A stretch of DNA of 48,017 nucleotides, filler included, from Streblomastix strix (lineage: Eukaryota): the NCBI GenBank assembly GCA_008636045.1. It is 2 parts of 2 records of this genome, joined end to end, with 100 filler letters (N's around TTAATTAATTAA, not from the genome) between each part and the next. Parts side by side here need not be neighbours in the genome. Positions count along the whole stretch, not along the records: positions 24,088 to 48,017 come from SNRW01000252.1; 1 more part is not named here. One strand, written 5' to 3'. Below the pieces are notes generated by a model. It saw only the letters and a program-made list of their open reading frames with translations, was not told the DNA's origin and made no database searches. A program made the translations under genes and the position numbers. Below are positions 27,323 to 42,293 of the stretch, piece after piece. The first letter of the stretch is position 1, and each line of letters opens with the position of its first letter.

Positions 27323-30198
27323 TGTAATATTTTAGTTTTCTAATTATTTTTCAAATTAACTTATCTATTGTTCTTCTTCTTCTTTAACAATTGGAATATT
27401 GGAGATGTCTTCTAAATGATCAAGAAGTCGATATAATGGAGTATCTTCTTCTATAGTGTCTGTATCTTCATCATTATCTTAGAATTCTTCTTCTTCAACA
27501 TCATCAATTGATTGGGATTTATTCTTATTATTATTTTATTCTTCATTTTTATTAGATTCTTCTTCATCTTTAAACCAAACATTCCCTTTTTCATCTGAAT
27601 CTATTTTATTATCTTTATCTTTCTCTTTAATTAATTTATCGTCTTATTTATTCATCTATTTATTCTTAATTCCAAACATTCCACCTCTTTCAATCATCCT
27701 CTTCCCTTAATTATCAATCAGTTTCTGCCTTCTCTCATCTCGACGCTTATCAAATTCTCTCTCAATCTGCGCTTTCCTCAACTCACGCATTGATGATCCA
27801 CATTATATGCATACAAAGCATGACAGACAATCATCCCATTCACTTGGATGTCTTAGTCTAGATAGTATGTATGTCTTACGGATCTCATCATCTATTTGTT
27901 CATATGCTTAAAGTGTTTCTAGTTGTATGGATTATGTGGTTTGAAGGGTTGGTTCTGGGATGTTATCTTCTTATTCTTATTCTTAATCCAGTTATTCTTT
28001 TTCTATTTATAATTAATTTTCGTTGGAGTTTGAATTGATATCAAAAGCAGATGTTGAATTTGAATCTTACTTTGATTATTATTTTTTCTAATTCTATTAT
28101 TCATTCTTCATTTATTTCAATCTTCTTTCTCTTTCTCAATTCTCTTTCTTAATCTTGTATTCAATCATCTTCATATCATTTGATAGTTTCTCTTCTCTCA
28201 ATTTTCTTTCTAATTCAGATTTCTGAATGATCTATTCTTTGATCGATTCATCAACAAGTTCTTCTCCAACATCTGGACCTGATGGAATCTCAATTGTATC
28301 TGATTATTAGATTGATATGTTGTTGTCTGATGTATTGATGCTGATATCGAGTGCCCATCTTTTGGATTTCTTATTTTTATCTTTTTCTTTATTTAATTAT
28401 TTATCATTGATTTAATTATCATCATTTTCTTCATTTTTTTCTTCATCATCATCATCTTCTTCTTCGCTGCATAATGGTCCCCAATTTCCACAAAATCCAC
28501 CAACTCTGTCAATATCTCCATACATTGATTCTTCTTCTTATATTTATTCTTTACGTTATTTATCTTTATTATTACGATCAATCATTAATGATGTAACTAT
28601 TCCTTATTTACGAAGATTCAATGCTCCCCAACCTGACATACGAATTCCTCCTCCATATTTTTTCATCATTCCGCGGACACAACGTGGACATCTGAATTTG
28701 ATTGTTTATATAAAAAATGAAATCAATTATAAATCAAAAATAAACAAAATAATGAAAATAATAAATTAATAAATATTAATTTAATAATAAAGATTATCAT
28801 ACCTACATAAGAAGTGATATGATGACTTCAATTCTTATTGTCATCGATCAGTTGATATGCAAAGTTCAGAATAATCAACAGTCAATTCTTCTGATGAACG
28901 AATTGGACGGAGTGAAATGACCTGAAAATAAAAATAATGGAAAAATAAATACAAAAGAAAATTTAAACAAATAATTAATAAATAAGTTATATAACTTTTA
29001 GTATTAATATTAATTTAAACAAACAATTATTCTCCCATTGCAATCATGACAGAATGCACAATTGGGTGCACATGAATGATTGAACATCGATCCAAGATGA
29101 TACATTCCAAATCCTGTATCTCTGAAAATAGTATGTGCATTACAATCTGCAATTGATTGTGCTTCTCCTAATATTGGAATTAATGTGGAAATTATGCATT
29201 GACGCGAAATTGGATGTTATTCATCATTGAATTCAGATTCACGTTAGATTCTCAGTTTATTGAGTCTTTCTTCTTTTTCTTTTAATCTTTTCTGTTTCTG
29301 TTCTTATTTCTATTTTTCTTATTCTTCTTTCTTTTTTAGTTTATCCAATAAACTTTCATTATTATCATCTTTCTTCATCTTATCATCTTCTTATTCTTCT
29401 TCCTCTTCCTCTTCTTCATTTTCTTATTCATTTTCTTATTCTTCTTCTCGATCTTCTTTTTCTTTCCTAATCAACCAATCTTATTTGATCTCATTTATCA
29501 ATTCTTGTTTCTTTTGTTCTGTTCCAACCCAATTCTTAATCCACTGTTTGGGTTATTTAAGACAACAGTGACGCGCTTGGCCATGTAATGGAGCTCGATT
29601 ATTCCCACATATCATGCATCTGTTCTTATGCGCTTGGTATTTGATCACATTTTAAAAATACTTAATATATTTCTGTATAATTCAGTAGTGAAAGTGCTTT
29701 TCGAATTATTGGGCGCTGGTTCTTCACATAATCAGACGCTCTGTTTGATTCGTGGCCTACAAGGTCAAATTTCTTCTAAATTGGTGTGAATGAATCGAAA
29801 AGTTGAATTGAAGGGAAACAATCATCATATTTCTGAGATGCAAATTCATCATTGTGACCAAAGATTGAGAGAAGTCTAAGAAGAAACATTGAATCAGAAT
29901 CTTCGAGATAGCTTTCATCAAGATCTTTGTATGCACGACATTCATATAAATGTGTATGCATATCAGCATCTCGACACTTGTAATTGCAATAGAACAACTT
30001 TTAACATCCTGCGCATTAAACGCTACCTTGTAATGGGAGTTTATTTGTACAATTGGCACAAAATCTTTCCCTAGCTGCTGTATAGAGGGCAATACCAATG
30101 GGATGCTCTTTCAAGACAATCTCGTTGGCGTTTAGAGGCCCTGTTGCAACTACAACTCTTCCTTTCGTTGAGGTCTCCGCTAACGAGAATAATGCCAT
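27323..30198 (-). CDS. SET and MYND domain (SMYD-family) lysine methyltransferase, possibly pseudogenised
   Basis: MALFSLAETSTKGRVVVATGPLNANEIVLKEHP (N-SET); CANC...CAGCQKLFYCNYKCRDADMHTHLYEC (MYND); GMYHLGSMFNHSCAPNC, VISLRPIRSSEELTVDY (C-SET); YHFLC|RCPRC (post-SET). Introns at ~29019-28923 and ~28802-28692. The frame changes between ~29685 and 29490 (frameshift or an unusually short 37-nt intron). No TGA occurs before the convergent gene's tail, so the 3' end is approximate. Confidence 0.85.
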
Positions 30199-30641
30199 TA
30201 AAAGCAATTGAATAAATCTATAAAGAAATAAACTTAGATTTAAAATTTGGTAATATAATATAAAAATATATGTGCAATTATGTACAGAAGGAAATTTTTA
30301 ATCGCATTTATGAATGGTAATTATCTATTTCATAAATAGAGTTAGTTGAAATTAATATATTATAATAAGTTGAATATTGATTTTTTGGTATAAATTTCGT
30401 AAGATTAAAGTTTATATCTTTAAATTGAGACTGCAAAATTCTAAACAAAATTTATACCTGAATAATGAGTTTTCAGCTCTAAAAATTCATAAATATGTAT
30501 AACATTAATTTCTTGGTAATTAAATATAAAATTTTACAAATATAATATTACATCCGAGTCCCGGTAAAGACAGTACAATAAATCAAAGCAAAACAAGAAG
30601 AAATAAAAATAAAATTGTCAGAGTGAGAAAAAAATAATCAA

Positions 30642-30672
<31 letters not shown>

Positions 30673-30746
30673 ATATAAAATATGTAGTTAAATTAATTTA
30701 AATTTGAAGCAAAATAATTATCGATCAACCCCACAGAAAAATAATC

Positions 30747-33715
<2,969 letters not shown>

Positions 33716-33905
33716 GTTTTAAATTAGTTTCACTTTTTATTTATTTTTTACTTATTTTATTCCATTCAATGATAGTCAGCAAAGCAGCAGTTATTTATAA
33801 CCATTTCGTACTTATAAAATAAGTAATAAACAATAATATTCTTGAGAGATTTTAATTTATTAATTTCAAATTTAATTCTTTGTCCTATGGCTGATACAAA
33901 ATTAC

Positions 33906-34964
33906 TCATTTCTTCGCAGCGTCTTCCTTTTCTTGAATAGCGCGGAGTTAGCGGCGTTGTTTGACATCGAAGTTGAAGAAACGAGCGATGGCTGATAATT
34001 TTTCAATAAATAAATAAATAATAAAAAAAAGGAAATTTTATTCTTTTATACAAAAAATGATTTGTTATACCGACTTCGGATGTTGTGATTTGAGCTTTGA
34101 GGAACAAAAGATCATCATCAACACTCTTCAGCTGTTTTTCAGCTCCCTATATATTAGAATATGAATAATATATATATATATATAATAAATTTACAATTAA
34201 ATTAATAAATAATAAAAATAGTAAAGAAAATAAATAATCCTACATCCAGATTTCTCTCAAGGAGAGCTTTGGCTTCATCATATGAGTATTCAACCATTAC
34301 ATTAGCCTAAATTAATAATATAAATAAATAAATAAATAAATATTTTCATAATATATATGTTTAAATGATAATGTATTATATACTCCAAGCCAGATTCCAA
34401 CTTTACCCGTATTGTCGACAACTGCCTGAGAATACACATTCTCACTAAGCAGGAAATCCATCGTTAATTCTACTTACGCATTCTATATGTAAAATAAATA
34501 ATTAATAAATTAATATTAATATTAACATATATTTTTATTAAATAAAAAGACGAAAGAAATTATCAAACTTTTTTTGCAATTAAATGGTCAAGTGCTTTTA
34601 ATGTTGATTATATCTCAGGGACCTTCCGTTCAAGCAATACGGCTTTGTTTGACAGTGATCTCTCCATAAATCGATATTATCTATTATTAGTAGTTAATTA
34701 AATATATCAGAAAAATTAAAAATTGATTAAATTGAATTTAGAATTGCAATCACACTGATATCTAGCGTTAATCAATTCGATAATCGTTTCAATTTTCTAA
34801 GTCTTCATAAATTGATCTATATCAGTAACAAACGGCATGGCAGGAATACCACGAGGATTCTCATTACCACGGACAACAATATCCGATGCTTTGAAAATAT
34901 CATCAAATGTCACAGTCATCGATGGTGGTCCTGCTTACGGAGTAATTTCAGATTTTGAAGCCAT
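33906..34964 (-). CDS. PFDN3: Prefoldin subunit 3 (VBP1/Pac10 ortholog), multi-exon
   Basis: MASKSEITPQAGP...ENPRGIPAMPFVTDIDQF...RYQQYRFMERSL...KVPEIQSTLKAL...VGIWLG|ANVMVEYSYDEAKALLERNL...LFLKAQITTSE...IARFFNFDVKQRR...K-TGA. These match the hallmark prefoldin-3 motifs. Confidence 0.95.
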
Positions 34965-35477
34965 AGACTAATACGCAAATATCAATAATTTAAAAATAAT
35001 ATATGTCAATAATTAATAAAGCCGTGAATTTCTTGATATTTGGTTAAGATATTTTTCTTCTATTTTAAACTAAATAATATCTATTATATTGGAAATATTT
35101 CTTAATTATTAAAGCTTAAATGCAGTTCCTAAGTATAATTGGAAAAAAATAACGTTCAAGAATAGCGGTTTGGGGCAGGAGACAAGATTTATATTGTGCC
35201 TGTTTTCGTGGTCGGTGTAAAAGGTTGGAAGGCTTTTGTAAATTAAGAGCATATTTGGTGTAAGCATACGTTTGAGGAAAATGTGTTTGCTTAATTTGAA
35301 GTTTCAGGCGCAATGAGAACGATTAACTCCAAATTGTTAAATTATATCATGTTTTCCTCAGCAAAGAATTAATAAATTTATATGAAATTATTATAACAGT
35401 TATATTTATATTGATCAATTGAATAAATCCAAGAAAAACAATAAACGAACCAGTGATAAACATGTTAATTAGAAATT

Positions 35478-38400
35478 TCATCTAAATAAAAATCCGTGAT
35501 CAGACTGAGGTATCGCCTGAAGAATCTTTATGAGCATTATTTCCTTTTTCGGATAGAGCCACATTTCAAGCTAATTCATACATGTGTGCGCTAATGGCAA
35601 TTTCATGTGTTTGGATTCTTATTTCAGCTTCTCTTCACTTGGAATCTCATCTTTAGGATCCTCTTTTTGCACTCCGTTTTTCCTCCTCTCTTCTTCAATA
35701 ATCTTCTCTTTTAATAAATCATTCGTTGCTTCTTCAATCAGCAGATCTGCCTCCTCCCCATCAAGTTCTGCTATGTGCGCCTCTTTCATTTGCTAATCAT
35801 ATTCAGATATATGGATAATCTCCCTATGTGAACTCTTCTCAACTTCACGAGCTGTTTTTCTGATCAATTAAGTAACAATGAGAGTCTTCTGAACACGATT
35901 CCTCGCTTCACGCGCATTCTTACGAGTGGGTGTTTCTTCAATAAGGATATTTTAATCTTCTTAATCTTCATCATCATCATCATCATCATTGCTACCATCT
36001 TTAATATCAGCTTCATAAGCTTTCATCTCATTAACAAGCGCTTTCAAATCTGCATCGTTTGCTTTCTGTAGTATTTATGTTGCTCTTTAATTGGCATCCT
36101 GACGAATATCTTGACTCAACCTGGCGATCAATTCATGGTGTTGTTCATATCTCTGATGAAGCGTCTCTCTGATTTACTTGAAATGTTCAACTTTCTCTTC
36201 TTAGCACTCTTTTATGTCTCTCTGTATCAACTCATACACTTCATTCAGCTTTAACAGCCGATTCGACTATTCCTCGCTCAACTTCTGGTCTTTCTCCAGC
36301 AGCTGCATCTATTTCTCTCTCCTGTCAGCTTATGATCTTAGATACTCTATATACAAATCAATCCTCCTCGTATACATTGATCTCGTCTCCCTCCTCACAA
36401 TCCTTTCATCAGCAGTGCCATATTACGCTGGATCAGCACCGTCAATGCCCATCCAGTAGATCATGAACTTCCCGCTGTTGTCTTTGAACATGCGCTCAAA
36501 CCCACCCGCTGGGACTGTGCATGCGCCAGTCGCGAATTTGAGCAGCGAGATTCTTTGTTATTCAGTCATTTCATCCTTCACAATTTCCCAGAACCATTTG
36601 ATCTGCTGTTGTGCTTCGTCCTTTCGGCCTTCGTGGGTCGTTTGCTGCTTCCAATCGTCGACGTCGATTGTGTGGAGACCAGTGAAGATCGTTTCAGCTA
36701 AATCGGGTGTTAGTTGAGTGTGTGTTACTATCTCTTTGTACTGAAGCTGATGCTTTTATTAAGATTCTTATTATTATTATTCTTCTTCTTCTTCGCTGTT
36801 TTCTTTGATGTTCTGCTATTCTTGTTCAACCTGGACTATTGTATGCTCTGAGAATAAGTACTCATACGGAATGACTTCTCTGTAACCTTAATGCAAAGCG
36901 GCAAATTGTTTCTGCGCAATTTCTGAGCCAAATAAAATGCGTTTTGCTTTTAACAGAAGATATTCGTCGAAGTTTTCCAGTGTAAGAAGGATTTCTTCGC
37001 CTCCTGGTTTTAATGGGACGTTGATCAGCTTATTCTCAAATGACTATTTCTTTACTTCGGGATCTGGAGGAGCTTATAAAGATGAAGAAGATGATTATGA
37101 AGAAGAAGAAGATGATGATTGTTATTATAAATATTATTTACTTTATTATTAATCAGATGAATCAGATATTTTTTCTTTCTCTTTCTCTTAATTCTAATTC
37201 TAATTCTCAATCTAATTCTTATCTTCTTATTTCTCAGCCAAAACCAAATCACTGATTCCTTCCTCTTCCATAGTCATTTCAAAGTATTCATTTTCAAGCT
37301 CATTAATTTCTTCCACAATTCCATCATTTAATTATTTTTTATTTTTATTTTCTTCCAATTTTTCCTTCATTTTCATCTGCTCCTTCTCAAAATCTTCAAA
37401 TTTCATGCCAGCGTCATCCATACACGGAATTTAGCCTATGAGCATCCTCCACAACACGAAATCTAACCTACAAGGCGATTTACCCTTTTATCTGAACAAA
37501 GCTTTTCCCAACATTACTCCAGCAGTCCACCACGGAAGATATTGACTCAACTCGCTGTCCTTCATTGAATTCATAGAGTCTTTAGTCTTTGACAGCGAAT
37601 CATTAGCCTCCTATTGTTATTTATAAGGTAAGCAGCTCTTTCTTGATGTTCCTTTCCCTTGATCATCACCCCACACCGTCAGCAGACCTTCAAGCCTGTG
37701 CCTCCTGAAGATTCCGCTCTCTGGTTTAATGGCCTCTTAGAAATACTGCGAGTACCAATCTGCTCTGACACCGCCTTAATCCTCGCCGATCTCGTTGTCA
37801 AACTCAACAGTGATGAACTTCTGCAGGAGCTTCTTGTTCCTCAGCCTCCAGAGCTCAAGTTCGGTGGTTTCGAGGAGTTTGGTCCGGTCGATTTTGATCT
37901 TCACTTGGCCGATCACGTCTGTTTTGCTTATTGGGACTGCTGTGAGCTTTGGACGTGGGATGTCAGTGGTGATTCCGAGTACTGTTGAACGAGCGATATC
38001 AGCAAACTTCAGGAACTTCATATTCGCTTTGTTTGCAGCGTTAAACGCTTTCTTCTCATCTGATGTTAGTTTCTCTTTCGTAATTATCGCTGTTTTGTCA
38101 TTTTTTTATTCTCTGTTCTTCATTTTCTCATTCAACTTGTCCACTTCCTGATCCAACTCCACTTTAGATGCATGCACACACACCATGAGCTCATTCGTGA
38201 ATCTAAGCACACCTGATGATGTTTATTCCCTGAATTTGTTGAACTCAGCCAATCTCTGCTCAAACTGCGACAAACGCTGCTATTTGGGGACAATAACTAC
38301 ATCATCGTCAACTTGTTTCCTCAGAAGATCATTTAGTGTGACATTTTCTATGATTTCTGTTGGGCAGCTGAAGAATTGTCTGTGAACTAGTGGGTTGTAT

Positions 38401-39353
38401 GCATTAGTGAATCTAGTCAGCTTGGACGAGAAGTTTTAATTTATGGCCTCTGATGGCTTCAGATCGTTGGCGTTGAATTCTGCTGATGATTTTTCTTCTT
38501 TTTGAGAGGATAAGGATGTAGATGAAGAATCCAGCTTTGAATCAGATAAATCTTCTTGTTATTAAAGTAATGTATTTGACATAGAAATTGAATTTAAGAA
38601 TGGACTTTTAGAACTTGAAGAAGAAGAAGATGATGAAGATGAAGAAGAAGAAGATGATGATGATGTATTTATTTATGGAGACGTACCAGTTACTTTTGAT
38701 TGTGACATATTGGATGGAGAAGTTGTCTTCCCTTTGTACCTTTGTTTAATAGGAATTAACTAGCAGAAATACTCATGTGAAATTAACAACTACTCCGCAA
38801 TCTACTGTCTACAGTACTTGCACTCCTGTGATATCCCTTCATTCCTATCCAGAACAATCCCATATTCGTTATCCAACTATTAGTTATTCTGTATATATCC
38901 ACTTTGTGTGTTTCTTTATCCAGTGTGTGTCGGCGGTGAAGTAAAACGATCTGAGGCATTTGATGAACTTGGTGATTGTGATCTAACCAGCTGACTGATG
39001 ATGCGGCCGAGTTCATTGGACTGTTGTGGAGGCTCGGAGATTGGACGCTCGTAGAAAAGACTTGATGGTTGTTGTAATTATTAAACTGGCTGGTTTTAGT
39101 TCAGATTTGTATTAGTGGGTAATGGTTGGAGTAGTTGTTGTACGTCTGTGATGAGGATTTGGGGTAAGTCGCCAATTACATTTGGAGGTGGTGGTGGAGG
39201 TATTGCAATATTTGCTTAAGGGAAGTGAGCAATGTCAGCAAGAGGTTGAGCTACTGGTTGTTGAATTGTAGGAATGGGAGGATGTAACAAATTATCCTAC
39301 TGTGCTTGTACATTTTACTGTTACTGTTGTTCACCAATTTGTTAATCACTCAT
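35478..39353 (-). CDS. HECT-type E3 ubiquitin ligase (1,291 aa, intronless) with an N-terminal C2HC zinc-finger-like motif and a split HECT domain
   Basis: Single 3,876-nt frame under TAR=Gln. Motifs: VEFDNEIGEDQGGVRADWY, VPLKPGGEEILLTLENFDEY, IDVDDWKQQT, IKWFWEIV...LLKFATG...VPAGGF, LPLAHTCMNQL, LQAIPQSDHGFLFR-TGA. CKYC-x11-HEYFC lies at ~38763-38822. Confidence 0.93.
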
Positions 39354-39991
39354 AGTCTCAAAGTAAAAAAATAACAAAAATTATGTAAATAATCGATTTG
39401 AGTCAAGAAATTTTCTAGGTTTATCAAAAAATATTTAAACGGAAATTATTGTTGTAGACAATCCAAATAATAACAATTAGTTAATTTTTAAAAATGCAAT
39501 ATGCAAATAGTTGATAATGAAATAAAATATCAAGCTTTAATAGTGGCCATTGGCAGTTTTTGCGTTTAGCTTTTCTTTTATTATCACAGCAAATACACTT
39601 AATTATTTCAGATAAGTAAGTTGAAATTTGGATTTGAATAATATTCACTAATATAATTTATATTCTTAATTGGTTTTAAATATCAAGCTTTATTAGAAAA
39701 AAACGATCTTTTCCAAATAACAACTAGAATCTCTATATCCTAAGAATAAATGAAAACAAATTTAAAAAATAATATTTCTATTAAAAAGAAATTATCATAG
39801 TAAATATATATTTATTAAATATCTAACTATTTAACACAATAAAAAAACCTATAAAATATTTTTATAAATTATAGATTTTCCTACGATATGAGCAGAATTT
39901 TGGCAACTATTTAATACTCAACTTATTATTACACATTTTTCATTAAACTCACTAACTTATTTTTATTTTTATTTAATTATTTATTAAAGAT

Positions 39992-40905
39992 ATGACTACT
40001 TTTAAGATTATTTCATTTATTGCAATTGTTTCCCTCATTCTTGAAGTTTAAGCTTTGACATCTACCAATAAATTGAAAGATAAATTAACTTCAAAATATC
40101 TTGATTTGAAATATAAAACTTCAACAAAGATTGATGAGATGAAAGAAAAAACAGTGGAAAATGTTGATGAGATGAAAGAAAACACAGCTGATAATATTGA
40201 CAAGCTAAAAAAGAAATCATCAGAAAAGATTAATGATCTGAAGGACCTGACTTCTGAGAAGGTTGAAGATTTGAAAGATAAAACTTCTACATAGTTTAAT
40301 AAGGTGAAAAAAAACTCAGTAGGTATAATCGATGAATTAAAAAAGAAATCATTAAAAAATGATGAAGGCTTAAAGATTAAAACATCAGAGGAGATTAGTA
40401 AATTAAAGGATAAATCATTAGAAATGATTAATAATTTGCTCTAAATTGTAAATGAAACAGAGATGAAAAAGTTTGGATGGGCAAATACTGATAAATAATA
40501 AATAGATGAATTGAATAGAGTATTAAAAAAGTACTCTATTACTACAAACTTGCGAGTATGCTAAAATTTCATAAATTATAATTTTCTTCTTTCCTAATTT
40601 AAATATTTTTAATATACTTTATTAGGTCTGGCACTTCCTCAGTTAAGTAGCTAAAGAGAGCGAACTTGGCAAATATACCATAGAATTGGGTAGCAAAGAG
40701 TACTGTTCAAAATATGAATTTGATACTAAAATAGGAAAAGAATTAGGAAATACAGAATCTGGAGATGGATATAAGTTTAAAGGTGCTGGTTATATATAAA
40801 TGACTGGTCGGTACAATTACCAGAAATTTGCTGACTTTATCTACGATTAGAAGGTAATGAATGGATTTGAATATGTATCAGCTGTGTACCCATGGGAATG
40901 CGCAG
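39992..40905 (+). CDS. Secreted glycoside hydrolase family 19 (chitinase/lysozyme-like) with N-terminal 11-mer helical repeats; 3' end not found
   Basis: Signal-peptide-like MTTFKIISFIAIVSLILEVQA, ~10-11 repeats like KIDEMKEKTVE, then IDELNRVLKKYSITTNLR|VWHFLSQVAKESELGKYTIELG...[55 protein letters not shown]. Intron 40556-40625 is phase 0; the donor at 40906 has no recognisable downstream exon. Confidence 0.88.
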
Positions 40906-42293
40906 GTATTTTAATTTGATAGAAATTAACTTACAATAAACTTTATATTCAGAAAATGTTTGTTAATCAGACTAATATCAATATATTTTACAATTCCTTA
41001 ATATAATTTGTATTATAACCAACATTGAAATATAATTGACAATAACCTAAGCCAATTTGAAAAAGGGAACATGAGATGTAAGTTCTAACTTCTGAAAGTG
41101 AAACATCATCATGGATCGTTAGAAAAATTCTCTTCATACAATTTTTTATAGGAATTTTCATAGGTAATTTTGTACACAACTAGATAAATTTCTCATTTCA
41201 AATAGTCATATCATTATTATCTATATTTTCAATTAATGTTTGTCAAAAATATTTTGTTTTAATTATGTTTAATTTATTGTTTAAAATAAAATATTTTGTG
41301 TTAAAATTTAATAAAAATGTTACTAAATATAATAAATCATTCATTATATATATAGTCAAGAATTAATTCGAATTCTATCAGGTTTTATGACTATTTTGTC
41401 TTACTTAATCACTTAAATGATCTCCATTCGCATGTTGTATATTGACTATTTCAGCGTAATCTTCTATTTTACCATTTGTATCATATACGAAATGCCATAT
41501 TGCATAATTTCAACTCAATGCTACAATCAAAATATGATAAAAATTTTCAATTGAGGTGGTAACACTGGAATTTCCACAAATCCAAAATATAGTATTATTG
41601 ATGAATCTAACGAACTGAAGAAAAATAAATTAAATAAAATATAAATGAGTATAATATAATGTTTTAACGAACAAGAAATTCGATTCAAAAACTTATTTTG
41701 TGGAAATTGAATTATTAGTAACATTTATGAAATAACGGTGTTTGCAAGGCATGTACTATAAGGAAATTTTTAGGTTTGAATTGTATAAAATGGTATACGA
41801 TAAGAAAAACGTACTTTAAATCTTTTGATAAACTTTCAGTGAATAGCCTTATCGACATTTGTATATTTGTATTTTCAGATGAATTTGTAATGACAAATCA
41901 AAATTTAAACAAATTATAATCATAAATAGCAGTTAAATTGCTTAGGCGGTGAAAAACCTAAAAACAAGTTTTTTTCGTCGAGGAGAGCATGCCCCTTATG
42001 TATGCTGTAATTAAAGTTGTTTCTCATAATGTGAACATAAAAAATGTAAAGTGCCCCAGATGTCATCGGTGAGGGGCGCTTTGACAGTCACGCACTGTCA
42101 AGCATGACATCCCTAATGTGTGACAATGTCACAAAGTGTGACACAATCACTCGATGTGACAGGATATTTTGCAAATTTCCATCTGCATGTTATGATGAAT
42201 ATTTTAGTTATATAATTCAAATAAAAATTTATTATACTATATAAATATAAAATAGCAACCTATTAGCTAAGAAAATATTATAATCGAAAAGAT

